Source: a virus
Taxonomy: Duplodnaviria; Caudoviricetes
IMG/VR virus record: IMGVR_UViG_3300009514_000025
Span: 1 to 61,657 of that record
Length of the DNA: 61,657 bases
Reading direction: 5' to 3' (one strand)
This document shows, in pieces, positions 47,579-59,451 of this stretch (position 1 is its first letter; every line of letters starts with the position of its first letter). Under the pieces are notes generated by a model. That model searched no databases. It was not told where the DNA came from and worked only from the letters and a program-made list of their open reading frames with translations. Both the position numbers and the translations under genes were made by a program.

Positions 47579-48067
47579 ATGGCATTTGTTCTAACCAGAC
47601 CAATTTCTGGCGGCGGCGCGGGAATCTCTGGCATGACCACAACAAACATTAATGGTCAGCCGATGATAACATTGGAAGATATTACTCGCAGTAATAAGAT
47701 TCTTTCGGTAGCGGAAAATCCTGTTTCATTTGCAGAAAACGTATTATTACATAATGATTGGATTCAGATTGGAACCGCAAGCGATGCAAATACTGCTTTT
47801 GTTGCTGACTTCGATGGGACAATTGTTGCCGCTACTGGAATATGTGAAAATGTTAGAAATCATGATAAAAATATAAATCTCTACATTAATAGTACAGATC
47901 AGGGAGCGATAGGTTCATTTACTGGTTCGACTCTTGACACATTTATAAATACAATATTGAATATAGACTTTAACCAAGGCGACATGATTAGATTGCGCGC
48001 CGTAGATGGAATCACTGGAAAAATTGAAGACAGTGTTATCAAACTTACTATCAAATGGAGAGGATAA
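47579..48067 (+). CDS. Virion protein, stand-alone KWRG domain
   Basis: Paralogous to the C-termini of 48068..50989 and 51525..57365. Confidence 0.7.
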   Translation: MAFVLTRPISGGGAGISGMTTTNINGQPMITLEDITRSNKILSVAENPVSFAENVLLHNDWIQIGTASDANTAFVADFDGTIVAATGICENVRNHDKNINLYINSTDQGAIGSFTGSTLDTFINTILNIDFNQGDMIRLRAVDGITGKIEDSVIKLTIKWRG

Positions 48068-50989
48068 ATGAGCTTATTAATTAGAAATAAATTGGGTGGT
48101 AGTCCACCTGCGGCAGTCCCTATTGATGATTTGGGATTTGAGGTTGTATCGGGTACCGATTATAATCTATTAAATGAAGAGGCAGCAGATGTTCAATCGT
48201 CTGCGCAAACTGGTGGTGACTTAAATACCGCAATACTTGCAGGCGATATTGTTGTACTTAGTCCAAAGGATGGAACAACAGAACTTTCAGCAGCTAATAG
48301 TATAGCTGTCTTAAAACTTCACAATGATCCTAATTGGGGTATCAATGGAGCAAATCTTACTGATCTTGATGATGTTGATTTAACAGGTTCACCATTACCC
48401 GCAACCGGTGATGTTCTTCAACTTGATGGTTCTGGAAATTGGATAAATGTCCAACCAACTACGGTTGCTGGAAGCATTAATTTTGGCGATCTTGCTGATA
48501 TTAATCCTGATACCGGTTCACCATATCGACCTATCACTTCCTTTTATATTTTAGAAGGTGATGGTTCTGGTAGTTTAAATGTTGTAGATGGTACTACAGA
48601 TACTTCACTCTTTATTCCATGGATTGAAGACACGGCAGGCGCAGCAGTAGCTGGCGGTGTACAAACTGATCTTACTTTAACGTATAACGCGTCCACTAAT
48701 AAAATTGATGCGTCTGTTGATGACAGCTATCTTCGTAATGATGGTGATACATTAGATTCGGGAACATTAAACATTGCATCTGGTGCTTCAATTGTTGTTG
48801 CTACTGGTGCAAGCATTTCTTGGGCTGATGCGCCAACCAATGGTAATCATCTTGCTAATAAAACATATGTTGATAGTGTTGCTTCTGGTCTTGATACAAA
48901 AGAATCCTGTGATCTTGCTACGACGCCTGCAACGGGTTCTCCGCAAACTGGTTTTGGTAATATCCCAGGTTATGGATTTTCTGGTTCACCAGCAACTGGT
49001 ACATTTACTGGCGTAAATGTTTTCGATATTGATGGTGATTTATCACCTCCTAGTGTTGGATATCGTATTCTTGTTAAAGATCAGGATGATCCAAAAGAAA
49101 ATGGTATTTACGAGGTTACTGTTGTTGGTGGTTCACCACTTGGTTCAAGTTGTACTTTAGTACGTGCAGATGATTTTGATGGAGTGCCACCTGCTGAAGT
49201 TTCTGCTGGTTCATTTACATTTATTGAGCATGGCGTTAGTAATGCAGGCACTGGCTGGGTTGTAACTGGCACTGGTGATTTGACTGTTGATACGGATGAT
49301 ATCAATTGGTCACAATTCTCTGGTGCAGGCACATATACGACTGGTGATGGTTTAGGGTTAACAGGTACAGAATTCTATTTAGATATTAATAATCTGAATA
49401 CGATTGCTGTTGTTGGCGCGGATGAAATTGCTTTCAATGATCAAACCAACGATACAACTAAAAAACGTACATTCACAAGTCTTATTTCAGATTTAGGACT
49501 TTATACTTCTAGTAATTTAACAGCTTCTGATGGTGTGGTAATCACTGGTGGTGATATTCAATTAGATATTACTAATCTTCCATCTTCAACACCTTCATTA
49601 TCAGCTGAAATGGTATTTGATACTGGTGGTACTGGTATACACAATAAAGCAACCGTACAATCTTTCTTCAATCAAGCGAATGTTGTTTATAATATCACAG
49701 CAAATGGTATTCTTACCAGAACAGCAGATGATACATATGCATCACGCACAATAGTAAAATCTACTACAGCTAGTGAAGAAGGTATCATAGTAACTAATGG
49801 TAATGGTGTTTCTGCTAATCCATCTATTGGTATTGATATTGAAGGTACTACTGCTTCTGCCTCTGATCTAGCATCAACCGATGAGTTCCTTGGTTTTAAT
49901 GGCACAAATAACCGTGCATTTACTGGTCAGCAAATTGCTGATGGTGTTTCAGCTATATTGGGTGGTCTTGGTAATGCATATACAACGATTCAAGGCGACT
50001 CTGGTTCAGCATCTGCAGGTAGTTCAAGTGCTACAATATCATTCATTGGCGCAGCCAATGGTGGTATTCTTACTGTTGCTACTGATTCTGCACCAGACAC
50101 TGTAACCTTTGCACTTGATCTCCATGATTTAGCTGCAGGTAGTGGAACTGTTGATCTTACAGATGTGCTTGCAGTTGCAGAAGGTGGTTCACCACTTGGA
50201 TCAACTGTTCAATACACTTTCCAAGATGTTATTACCGATTTAAATATTGTAAGTGGTGTTAATGGTACACCTGGTATTGTTATCGGTGATGGTGCTGGTA
50301 ATTATACAACTAATACAATTGCCGTAAATGGTGTTGGTAATAGAGATGGTCTTATTGTAGTAAATGGTGATATGACAGGTTCACCATATGATAGTACTAT
50401 TACATTTGGTTTGGATATTAACAATAATGCAACAGCAGGTGAAGATTTAGCAGCCGCCGATAAGATTATTGCTTATAATGGCTCCCAAGCCGCTAACCAT
50501 GCATTTACAGGACAAGAAGTTGCAGATGGTGTTTCAACAATGTTGGGACTTGGCGGTATTACCGTTACTACAATTAATGGTCAAGAAGTTCTTACACTTG
50601 TTGATACAACACGTTCTAACAAAGTTCTTTCTGTTGGCGATACTTCTGTCACGTGGTCAGAAAACAAAGTTGGTAACAATGATTGGTTACAAATCGGTGG
50701 TGCAGTTGATGCTCTTAGCGGTTATCTTGTTCCATTGAACGCAACGATTGTTAAAGTTACTGCACATACGGCAGATAATAAAGGAAACACAAAACCAATC
50801 AACTTGTATATTGATGGTTCACTCAATAGTACTATTGGCACATTTAATGGCCCATCAGGCGAAGATGATTTCAGAGATGTAACATTGAATATTGATGTTA
50901 ACCAAGATCAAAAACTACGTTTACGTGGTGGTACTGGTGGTAATATTGAAGATACGGTGGTTACAATTTGGTTGAAATGGAGAGGATAA
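48068..50989 (+). CDS. Fibre/decoration protein
   Basis: ANKTYVDS, RILVKDQ..ENGIY motifs typical of phage fibres; C-terminal KWRG domain. Confidence 0.75.
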   Translation: MSLLIRNKLGGSPPAAVPIDDLGFEVVSGTDYNLLNEEAADVQSSAQTGGDLNTAILAGDIVVLSPKDGTTELSAANSIAVLKLHNDPNWGINGANLTDLDDVDLTGSPLPATGDVLQLDGSGNWINVQPTTVAGSINFGDLADINPDTGSPYRPITSFYILEGDGSGSLNVVDGTTDTSLFIPWIEDTAGAAVAGGVQTDLTLTYNASTNKIDASVDDSYLRNDGDTLDSGTLNIASGASIVVATGASISWADAPTNGNHLANKTYVDSVASGLDTKESCDLATTPATGSPQTGFGNIPGYGFSGSPATGTFTGVNVFDIDGDLSPPSVGYRILVKDQDDPKENGIYEVTVVGGSPLGSSCTLVRADDFDGVPPAEVSAGSFTFIEHGVSNAGTGWVVTGTGDLTVDTDDINWSQFSGAGTYTTGDGLGLTGTEFYLDINNLNTIAVVGADEIAFNDQTNDTTKKRTFTSLISDLGLYTSSNLTASDGVVITGGDIQLDITNLPSSTPSLSAEMVFDTGGTGIHNKATVQSFFNQANVVYNITANGILTRTADDTYASRTIVKSTTASEEGIIVTNGNGVSANPSIGIDIEGTTASASDLASTDEFLGFNGTNNRAFTGQQIADGVSAILGGLGNAYTTIQGDSGSASAGSSSATISFIGAANGGILTVATDSAPDTVTFALDLHDLAAGSGTVDLTDVLAVAEGGSPLGSTVQYTFQDVITDLNIVSGVNGTPGIVIGDGAGNYTTNTIAVNGVGNRDGLIVVNGDMTGSPYDSTITFGLDINNNATAGEDLAAADKIIAYNGSQAANHAFTGQEVADGVSTMLGLGGITVTTINGQEVLTLVDTTRSNKVLSVGDTSVTWSENKVGNNDWLQIGGAVDALSGYLVPLNATIVKVTAHTADNKGNTKPINLYIDGSLNSTIGTFNGPSGEDDFRDVTLNIDVNQDQKLRLRGGTGGNIEDTVVTIWLKWRG

Positions 50990-50992
50990 TAA

Positions 50993-51505
50993 ATGAGTTT
51001 TACAATTCGTAATCTTACAGCTGGAACAATTGCGATTGATGATCTTGGCTTATCACTTGCTGCGTATGAGGATTATGATTTAACTCAAGATGATGCAAGA
51101 GATATTGCACAAAGTACAGACTTAATTGCTGCAATTAATGCAGATAATGTTCTTGTTGTAGATCCTATAAGTACAGGTTCACCAGTTACATTATTATCAA
51201 AAGCAAATAGTTTAATTTGTGTAAGTGTCGCCAATAATCCACATTTTAGGATTATTGGCGGCGAGCTTGCACATTTAGATGATGTTAAAGATACACTACC
51301 TACAGATGGTTATGTTCTTACTTTTGACGCAGGAGCTAGTAAATGGGAACCGGCGGCGGCCGCGGCCGGCGCGGGTGGTATAACACAATTTCCATTTTAC
51401 CGTGCTAATGGTGTATTAGATCCTATACCAGTAACTTACATCGCAACGTTTCCATTCTATAGGGCAGACGGCACACTAGATCTTATACCAATAGATGCAT
51501 CATAA
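50993..51505 (+). CDS. Virion accessory protein
   Basis: Shares the IRN..IDDLG N-domain and the LDDV repeat; C-terminal FPFYRA(N/D)G.LD duplication. Confidence 0.65.
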   Translation: MSFTIRNLTAGTIAIDDLGLSLAAYEDYDLTQDDARDIAQSTDLIAAINADNVLVVDPISTGSPVTLLSKANSLICVSVANNPHFRIIGGELAHLDDVKDTLPTDGYVLTFDAGASKWEPAAAAAGAGGITQFPFYRANGVLDPIPVTYIATFPFYRADGTLDLIPIDAS

Positions 51506-51524
51506 TAAAATGAGATATTAAATA

Positions 51525-54500
51525 ATGGCAGATAAATTACCAATTAAGGCAAAGTGGTCAGGTGGATCGCCAGATGATGTTATTGCTTTACAAGAATTTC
51601 AATCGACTGATACTATAGCCCTTAATTATCTCTCTGGCGGTGCATCGCCTTCTGAAGGCCATGTACTTACTTGGGGCGGTAGCCCATTGGGATGGATTAC
51701 AGCTGCCCCAGATCTTGGCGCTAATAACTTAGATGACTTATTAGATGTTTTCATTACAGGAGCAGGTTCACCAGAAGTACCAGCAGACAATGAAGTTCTT
51801 GCTTATGATAGTAGTTCTGGTAATTGGATTAATCAAACCGCATCCGAAGCTGGGTTATCTATAGTAGGCCACACACATACCTTAAATGAACTTAGTAATG
51901 TATATGTATCTGCTGGTTCACCAGAAATAACAATAGGTTATGTGCTTACTTATGGTGGTAGTCCTTTGGGTTGGTATGCAATTGCGCCCGCTGTCGGAAT
52001 AGATGCGTTAGATGATTTAACAAACGTTACCATTGCATCTGTTACATCAGGCGAAATTTTAGTATATCAGGGATCACCAGCCGAATGGCAAAATAATACA
52101 TTGGCAGAAGCAGGCATTAGTGCTATAGGCCATACACACGCAATGGTTGATATCACAGATTCAACGTGGATTAGTGATATTACAAGTGAAAATCTTGAAG
52201 ATTTAAACAACGTTTCATTAACAGGTTCACCACAACCAGTATCAGGTGATTTATTAAGATGGAACGGTTCAACGTGGATCAATTATCCAGATAGTAATTT
52301 TTCATCATCTGGTCATAATCATACTAAATCTGATATTACAGATTTTACCGAAAGCGATTATGTTCATACTACCGGCACTGAAACTGTTGGTGGTAATAAA
52401 ACATTTAGTAATGATATTATAATTTCGGGTGATCTTACTGTTAATGGTACTACAACTACCATTAATACAACTACACTTGAAATCGGCGATAACATTTATC
52501 TTCTCAATGCAGACATGGATGATGGTAGTCCAATTCCTGCACCTACACAAGATGCTGGTTTTGAAGTCGAGCGTGGTATAGTTGATAATGTGTCTTGGCT
52601 TTGGGATGAAACTGTCGATACGTTTAGACCTAAATTAGGAACAGGTGAAGCATATTTAGGATATGTATTAGATCCTACTAATGATAACCATATTGGTGAT
52701 CGTGGGTATAACGATTTAAGATATTCTAATATAAGTCATGCACACGCAATAAATGAGTTAAGTGATGCTACTATAACTTCACTTACAGCAGGCGAAGTAT
52801 TAATTTCTGCGGGTTCACCACTTGGTTGGATTAACCAAACATTAGCTGAAGCAGGCATCTCATCTGATTCACATACACACATTATAAATGATTTAACAGA
52901 TATAACTATTGCATCTGTTACATCTGGTGAAATTCTTGTCTATCAAGGTTCTCCAGCCGAATGGCAGAACAATACATTAGCAGAAGCAGGTATTAGTGCT
53001 GTTGGTCATACACATGTTATGGTTGATATTACAGATTCAACATGGATCAGTGATATTACAAATGAACCAATTGCCGACCTTAGTGATGTGACAATTAATG
53101 CTGTCGGGTCAGGCGAAGTCCTTGTTTATCAGGGTTCACCAGCCGAATGGCAAAATAACACATTAGCAGAAGCGGGAATTTCTGCGATTGGTCATACGCA
53201 TGTCATGGTTGATATTACTGATTCAACTTGGATTAGTGATATTACAGCAGAACCTATTGCCGATCTTAGTGATGTTACTGTTGCTTCTCTTGGTGCAGGT
53301 GAAATATTAGTTGCTGTCGGATCACCGCTTACATGGATTAATCAAACATTAGCAGAAGCAGGTATTGCATCTGATTCACATACACATATAGTTAATGATT
53401 TAACAGATGTAACTATTGCATCTGTCGGGTCAGGCGAAGTCCTTGTTTATCAGGGTTCACCAGCCGAATGGCAAAATAACACATTAGCAGAAGCGGGAAT
53501 TTCTGCAACAGGCCACACACATGTGATGGTAGACATTACTGATAGTACTTGGATTAGTGATATAACAGCAGAATCATTGGATGATCTTAGTGATGTTTAT
53601 ACGCCAGCCCCACAAGTAGGTGAATTGCTTACTTACGGTGGTAGTCCGTTGGGTTGGTATGCGGCCGCACCCGCTGGTGGAGTAGATGCATTAGATGATT
53701 TAACCGATGTAGTAATTACAGGTTCGGTAGGTTCACCATTAACTCCCGCTGATAATGAGTTGCTTGCTTTTGATATTGGTTCAGGTAATTGGATTAATCA
53801 AACAGCAGCACAAGCAGGGTTATCTGTAACTGGTCATACACATGTTATGGTTGATATTACTGATAGTACTTGGATTAGTGATATTACAGGAGAACCTATT
53901 GGTGATCTTAACGACGTTACAGTTACATCACTTACATCAGGTGAAGTATTACTTTCCAGTGGTTCACCACTTGGATGGATAAATGCAACGCTCGCAGAAG
54001 CAGGCATATCTGCAACTGGCCATACCCATGTTATGGTTGATATTACAGATTCTACATGGATTAGTGATATAACAGCCGAAAATATTGAAGACTTAAACAA
54101 TGTTTCATTAACAGGTTCCCCAGCGCCAGTATCTGGGGATTTATTAAGATGGAACGGTTCAACATGGACAAACTATCCAGATAGTAATTTCTCATCGTCT
54201 GGTCATACACATGTCAAGGCGAATATTACAGACTTCACTGAATCTGACTATGTTCACACGACGGGTGTTGAAACTGTTGGTGGTAATAAAACCTTTAGTA
54301 ATAATATAATTATCTCTGGTGACTTAACAGTTAACGGTACAACGACTTCTATTAATACTACCACACTTGAAATAGAAGATAATATTTATCTTCTTAATTC
54401 AGGAATGGTAGGAAGTCCTCTTGTTGCTCCTACACAAGACGCTGGCTTCGAAGTCGCCCGTGGTACAGCTACAAACGTATCATGGTTGTGGGATGAAACT

Positions 54501-57365
54501 TTTGATGTATTTAGACCTAAAATTGGTGCAGCAGAAGCGCACTTAGGATATGTACTTGATCCAACCAATGATAACCATGTCGGTGATCGTGGATATAATG
54601 ATCTTAGATATTCTTCTATTAGTCACGTACACGCCGTGGATGATTTATCCGACGCAACAATTACTTCACTTGGTACTGGTGAAATATTACTTTCAAGTGG
54701 TTCACCACTTGGATGGATAAATGCAACACTTGCAGAAGCAGGCATTGCATCTGATTCTCATACACACATATTAAATGATTTAACTGATGTAGTTATTACG
54801 CAAGGTTCACCTCTTGTTGATAATGACGTTCTTGCTTTTGACACTACATCGGGTAATTGGATTAACCAAACAGCAGCACAAGCTGGTTTGTCTGTAACAG
54901 GTCATACGCATGTTATGGTTGATGTTACCGACAGTACTTGGATTAGTGATATCACCGCTGAACCAATCGCGGATTTATCTGACGTTACAGTAACTTCACT
55001 TACAGCAGGTGAAATATTGGTTGCTGTTGGTTCACCGCTTACATGGATTAACCAAACATTAGCAGAAGCGGGAATTTCTGCAACAGGACACTCGCATACT
55101 AAATCTGATATTACAGATTTTACTGAATCTGATTATGTTCATATTACTGGTACTGAAACAGTATCAGGCGCGAAATCATTTACTGCAAGTACAACAAAAA
55201 TAGGTGGAACAACAGCTTCATCAGAAGTTCTTTCTGTTCAAACCACATCAGCAGATACTTGGTTAGAAATGTTAAACAATGGAGGTACTGGTAAAGGTGC
55301 TTTCTTTGGTTTAACAACCAATGATTTTCAAATATGGAACTATCAAGCAGGTAGCATTTCTTTTTATACAGATACGAGCGATTCATCTGGTACTGTAAGA
55401 TTTGTTTTAACAAATGATGGAAATTATATTTTCAGTAATCTTACCAGTAGTGGAATGGGCATTGCTACAATAGATGGATCGGGATATCTTGGAAGAGATG
55501 CAGATTTAGAATTACTTTCTGATGTTACTGTAACTTCTCTTGGTATTGGCGAGATATTACTTTCCAGTGGTTCACCGCTTGGATGGATCAATGCTACATT
55601 AGCAGAAGCAGGCATTTCCGCAACCGGACACTCGCATACAAAATCTGACATTACAGATTTTACTGAATCTGACTATGTTCATACTACCGGCGTTGAAACT
55701 ATTGGTGGTAATAAGACCTTTAGTAATAATGTTATAGTTAGTGGTGATCTTACTGTTAATGGTACTACAACTACCATTAATACAACTACACTTGAAATCG
55801 GCGATAACATTTACTTATTAAACGCAGATATGGATGATGGAAGTCCTATTCCTGTACCAACACAAGATGCTGGTTTTGAAGTTGAACGCGGCGTAGTCGA
55901 TAATACATCGTGGCTTTGGGATGAAACATTAGATGTATTCAGACCTAAATTAGGAACAGGTGAAGCATATTTGGGATATGTTCTTGACCCTACTAACGAC
56001 AATCACGTTGGTGATCGCGGGTATAATGATTTAAGATATTCTAATATAAGCCATTTACATGCAGTAGATGATTTATCTGATGCTACTATAACTTCACTTA
56101 CAACTGGCGAAATTTTATTTTCAAGCGGCTCGCCGGTTGGATGGACAAATGCAACATTAGCTGAAGCGGGCATCGCGTCTGATTCACATACACATCTAAT
56201 AAATGATTTAACGGATGTTATTGTATCTTCTGTTACATCAGGTGAAATTTTAGTATATCAAGGTTCTCCTGCGGAATGGCAAAATAATACATTAGCAGAG
56301 GCTGGAATATCAGCAGTTGGTCATACTCATGTTATGGTTGATATTGCCGATTCTACATGGATCAGTGATATAACAAATGAACCTATTAGTGATCTTAATG
56401 ATGTTACAATCACTTCACTTGCTGCCGGTGAAATATTAGTTGCTGTTGGTTCCCCACTTACATGGATTAACCAAACGTTAACAGAAGCAGGCATAGCATC
56501 TTCTTCACATACACACGTATTAAGTGATCTTACTGATGTATATACAACAGGCTCGCCCGCGCCACAACCTGGAGATGTTCTTACTTACGGCGGCAGTCCA
56601 GTTGGTTGGTATGCATTAACAACTGCTGGCGGCGTGGATTCATTAGATGATTTAACAGATGTAACTATTACTGGAACTGGTTCACCTGAAGTACCTGCAG
56701 ATAATGAAGTATTAGCATATGATAGTGGATCTAGTGAATGGATTAATCAAACACCAAAAGAAGCTGGCTTAGTTGCAGGACCTACATCTTCAACAGATAA
56801 TGCAGTCGTTCGTTGGGATGGTACAAATGGTGCATTAGTTCAAGATAGTGGTGTAATGATTGATGATAGCGATAACGTTGTTATTCCTGGTAGCATAAAG
56901 ATTAGTAATGCTGCCTCCCCTATTATTTCTGGTGTAATGACTATTGAAGATATTAATGGTCAACCAATGATGTGCATGGAAGATACAACACGCGCCAACA
57001 AAAAATTAACAATAGAAACGGTGAATATAGCGTGGTCTGAATCAACATTAACCAATTTTGACTGGATGCAAGTTGGAGCAGCGATTGATGCAGATTCAAG
57101 TTATATTATGCCATTTGATGGAACAATAGTTAAGGCAACCGGACATTGTGAAAATGCTTTGGGTAACACGAAGGATATTAGATTGTATGTTAATACAACA
57201 TTAAATGGCACAGCAATGGGAACGCTTACTGGTGGCGCAAACGCAACATTTAATACAACATTAAACATTGATTTCAGTGCGGGTGATCGTATACGCCTCC
57301 GTGCATGGACGGGTGGCACAATTCGAGATACTATTGTCACCTTATGGATTAAATGGAGAGCATAA
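51525..57365 (+). CDS. Very long repetitive fibre protein (1946 aa)
   Basis: Many DLxDVT..GE.L..GSP..W.N.TLAEAGI..HxH repeats; three GDLTVNGTTT.INTTTL modules; KWRA end domain. Confidence 0.85.
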   Translation: MADKLPIKAKWSGGSPDDVIALQEFQSTDTIALNYLSGGASPSEGHVLTWGGSPLGWITAAPDLGANNLDDLLDVFITGAGSPEVPADNEVLAYDSSSGNWINQTASEAGLSIVGHTHTLNELSNVYVSAGSPEITIGYVLTYGGSPLGWYAIAPAVGIDALDDLTNVTIASVTSGEILVYQGSPAEWQNNTLAEAGISAIGHTHAMVDITDSTWISDITSENLEDLNNVSLTGSPQPVSGDLLRWNGSTWINYPDSNFSSSGHNHTKSDITDFTESDYVHTTGTETVGGNKTFSNDIIISGDLTVNGTTTTINTTTLEIGDNIYLLNADMDDGSPIPAPTQDAGFEVERGIVDNVSWLWDETVDTFRPKLGTGEAYLGYVLDPTNDNHIGDRGYNDLRYSNISHAHAINELSDATITSLTAGEVLISAGSPLGWINQTLAEAGISSDSHTHIINDLTDITIASVTSGEILVYQGSPAEWQNNTLAEAGISAVGHTHVMVDITDSTWISDITNEPIADLSDVTINAVGSGEVLVYQGSPAEWQNNTLAEAGISAIGHTHVMVDITDSTWISDITAEPIADLSDVTVASLGAGEILVAVGSPLTWINQTLAEAGIASDSHTHIVNDLTDVTIASVGSGEVLVYQGSPAEWQNNTLAEAGISATGHTHVMVDITDSTWISDITAESLDDLSDVYTPAPQVGELLTYGGSPLGWYAAAPAGGVDALDDLTDVVITGSVGSPLTPADNELLAFDIGSGNWINQTAAQAGLSVTGHTHVMVDITDSTWISDITGEPIGDLNDVTVTSLTSGEVLLSSGSPLGWINATLAEAGISATGHTHVMVDITDSTWISDITAENIEDLNNVSLTGSPAPVSGDLLRWNGSTWTNYPDSNFSSSGHTHVKANITDFTESDYVHTTGVETVGGNKTFSNNIIISGDLTVNGTTTSINTTTLEIEDNIYLLNSGMVGSPLVAPTQDAGFEVARGTATNVSWLWDETFDVFRPKIGAAEAHLGYVLDPTNDNHVGDRGYNDLRYSSISHVHAVDDLSDATITSLGTGEILLSSGSPLGWINATLAEAGIASDSHTHILNDLTDVVITQGSPLVDNDVLAFDTTSGNWINQTAAQAGLSVTGHTHVMVDVTDSTWISDITAEPIADLSDVTVTSLTAGEILVAVGSPLTWINQTLAEAGISATGHSHTKSDITDFTESDYVHITGTETVSGAKSFTASTTKIGGTTASSEVLSVQTTSADTWLEMLNNGGTGKGAFFGLTTNDFQIWNYQAGSISFYTDTSDSSGTVRFVLTNDGNYIFSNLTSSGMGIATIDGSGYLGRDADLELLSDVTVTSLGIGEILLSSGSPLGWINATLAEAGISATGHSHTKSDITDFTESDYVHTTGVETIGGNKTFSNNVIVSGDLTVNGTTTTINTTTLEIGDNIYLLNADMDDGSPIPVPTQDAGFEVERGVVDNTSWLWDETLDVFRPKLGTGEAYLGYVLDPTNDNHVGDRGYNDLRYSNISHLHAVDDLSDATITSLTTGEILFSSGSPVGWTNATLAEAGIASDSHTHLINDLTDVIVSSVTSGEILVYQGSPAEWQNNTLAEAGISAVGHTHVMVDIADSTWISDITNEPISDLNDVTITSLAAGEILVAVGSPLTWINQTLTEAGIASSSHTHVLSDLTDVYTTGSPAPQPGDVLTYGGSPVGWYALTTAGGVDSLDDLTDVTITGTGSPEVPADNEVLAYDSGSSEWINQTPKEAGLVAGPTSSTDNAVVRWDGTNGALVQDSGVMIDDSDNVVIPGSIKISNAASPIISGVMTIEDINGQPMMCMEDTTRANKKLTIETVNIAWSESTLTNFDWMQVGAAIDADSSYIMPFDGTIVKATGHCENALGNTKDIRLYVNTTLNGTAMGTLTGGANATFNTTLNIDFSAGDRIRLRAWTGGTIRDTIVTLWIKWRA
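53101..53506 (+). repeat. 85-bp exact direct repeat inside the fibre gene
   Basis: 53101-53185 equals 53422-53506. Confidence 0.8.
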
Positions 57366-57368
57366 TAG

Positions 57369-58679
57369 ATGTCACAGTATTTAAGAAATTTAACAGATTC
57401 ACCTGTATATAATGTAGAACTTACCGATCTTGGTATTACGGTTGAGGTTGGCGTTGACTATGATACGTCTGAAATAGATTCGGGCGATTTAGGTAATAGC
57501 ATTGATTTAGTAACTGCTATTCAAGCTGGTGAAGTTGCTTTTTTGAACGATGAAACTTCGCCATGGGTTCCATTATCTTCTCAAGAAAGCCAAGCTATTA
57601 TTAATGCATCTAATAATGCTGCTACTAATATTTTAGGAACAGAAAACTTCTTTCCAAAATGGGCAGATGATTGTCCTTGTACGCTCACAGAATCGAACAT
57701 GTATCAAGATCCTTCTACAGGATATATTGGTGTTAATTTACAAGGAAGTCCATTAACACCGGCGACAGATTTTGATATTAATGGTTCATTACAATTAACA
57801 GGTTCAAGTTCTGGTTATACAAGATTTGATGTCCCTGCCAGTGGCGATAATGTTATCTATACATTACCAAGTAATGATGGTGATTCAAGTCAGGTACTTC
57901 AAACAGACGGGTCTGGAACACTTACTTGGGTTGATCAAACGGTAGGTACAAGTGTTCTTAACGATTTAGATGATGTAACAACTTCTTCACCAACATCTGG
58001 TGAAGTTCTTGTATATCAAGGTTCGCCTGCTGAATGGCAAAACAACACACTTGCGGAAGCAGGCATTAGTGCTGTTGGACACTCGCACTCACTTGGTGAT
58101 TTATCAGATGTTAACGTTACTGCATCAGGCTCGCCATTGCCAACAGATGGACAAGTATTAACATATGATACAACAAATGGATGGCAACCAGAAAACCCAT
58201 ATGGTGCTGGTTGCGGTATGGTTATTCAGCGTCTTCATGGATCTGTTGCTGAAAAATCTGGTACATCAGAAATTCCATATGATGACACTACACCACTTGT
58301 TACAGAAGGTACAGAAGTATGGTCACGAGCCATAACACCAGTAAATACGGCAAATGATATAGAATTAACATGTTCTTTAACACTCGATGCTTATGTTTCG
58401 GGCGGTATGGGTGGCGGGGATATGGAAGTTGTTGTTACTTTCTTTAGAGATTCAACCTGCATTGGTGCAATGGCACAATTTATAAGTAGTTACGACGAAC
58501 AACAAGTCCATATTTCATTAACTGATTCACCATCTACTACTTCAAGTATAACGTATTCTTGTAGAATTGGCAGATTGGGTTCAGAAGGAACATGGTATGT
58601 TAATAGACTTAGCTCAAGTAAATTTAATGGGATGTTAGCCAAACAAGGTTACATCTTGAAGGAGATAGATAATGCCTAA
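57369..58679 (+). CDS. Fibre-associated protein
   Basis: Shared N-domain, VLQTDGSGTLTW, shared C-terminal domain ending GYILKEI. Confidence 0.7.
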   Translation: MSQYLRNLTDSPVYNVELTDLGITVEVGVDYDTSEIDSGDLGNSIDLVTAIQAGEVAFLNDETSPWVPLSSQESQAIINASNNAATNILGTENFFPKWADDCPCTLTESNMYQDPSTGYIGVNLQGSPLTPATDFDINGSLQLTGSSSGYTRFDVPASGDNVIYTLPSNDGDSSQVLQTDGSGTLTWVDQTVGTSVLNDLDDVTTSSPTSGEVLVYQGSPAEWQNNTLAEAGISAVGHSHSLGDLSDVNVTASGSPLPTDGQVLTYDTTNGWQPENPYGAGCGMVIQRLHGSVAEKSGTSEIPYDDTTPLVTEGTEVWSRAITPVNTANDIELTCSLTLDAYVSGGMGGGDMEVVVTFFRDSTCIGAMAQFISSYDEQQVHISLTDSPSTTSSITYSCRIGRLGSEGTWYVNRLSSSKFNGMLAKQGYILKEIDNA

Positions 58680-59451
58680 TTATATGAATTTGATGGGTGA
58701 GCATTATCCAGAAATAGAATGCTACTGTGATGGCGATCCTACTGTTTATGGAAACATTACATTTGTCGGCTCGCCAACAATTTCACAGGGTACGTTAGAT
58801 GCATTGACTGAATCCCCACGACTTTACCAGATTGAAGCACCGTTGGGTTCTCCGCTTCCAGCAGATGATACATTGTTGCAATATGAAGAAACCGATAATA
58901 CTTGGCACTATAAAACAGCAGCCGATGCAAGCGTTTCTGTTATCGGTCATCCACATACTGAATCTGACATTACAGATTTACAACCAAGTAAAGTGATTCA
59001 GCATATGGATGGTGCTATATCAAAAACATCTGGCACAATTGAAATTGCTGGCGGTGATGTAACGCCACCCATAACAGAAGGTGTTGAACTTTGGTCGCAG
59101 GCGATAACACCCACAGATGCTGCAAACACGGTAGAGATAACAACAAATATGATCCTTTCTGCATATGCAAATGCCGGTCATGGTTATGGTGCACTTGACG
59201 TTGCTGTTACATTTTATAGAGATTCAACATGTATTCTTGTCTTGCCACATAGTTTACAGAGTGCAGAAGCGCATCATTGTGGTAGTACCTTTATTGATAC
59301 CCCGGCAACCACATCTAGTGTAACATATTCATGTAGGGTAGGAAGAACATCTGGAGAAGGCGCTTGGTATGTTAATGGTCTTTATTTAAAGGAATTTCAG
59401 GGCTTGATTGCTAACCAAGGTTATACGGTAAAGGAGATAAGAAATGCCTAA
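58672..59451 (+). CDS. Fibre-associated protein (MPNY family)
   Basis: MPNY N-domain; C-domain paralogous to its neighbours. Confidence 0.7.
   Translation: MPNYMNLMGEHYPEIECYCDGDPTVYGNITFVGSPTISQGTLDALTESPRLYQIEAPLGSPLPADDTLLQYEETDNTWHYKTAADASVSVIGHPHTESDITDLQPSKVIQHMDGAISKTSGTIEIAGGDVTPPITEGVELWSQAITPTDAANTVEITTNMILSAYANAGHGYGALDVAVTFYRDSTCILVLPHSLQSAEAHHCGSTFIDTPATTSSVTYSCRVGRTSGEGAWYVNGLYLKEFQGLIANQGYTVKEIRNA

Noticed and set aside
51525-57365. CRISPR-like array
   Set aside because: The repeats are degenerate in-frame protein repeats without constant repeat and unique spacer structure
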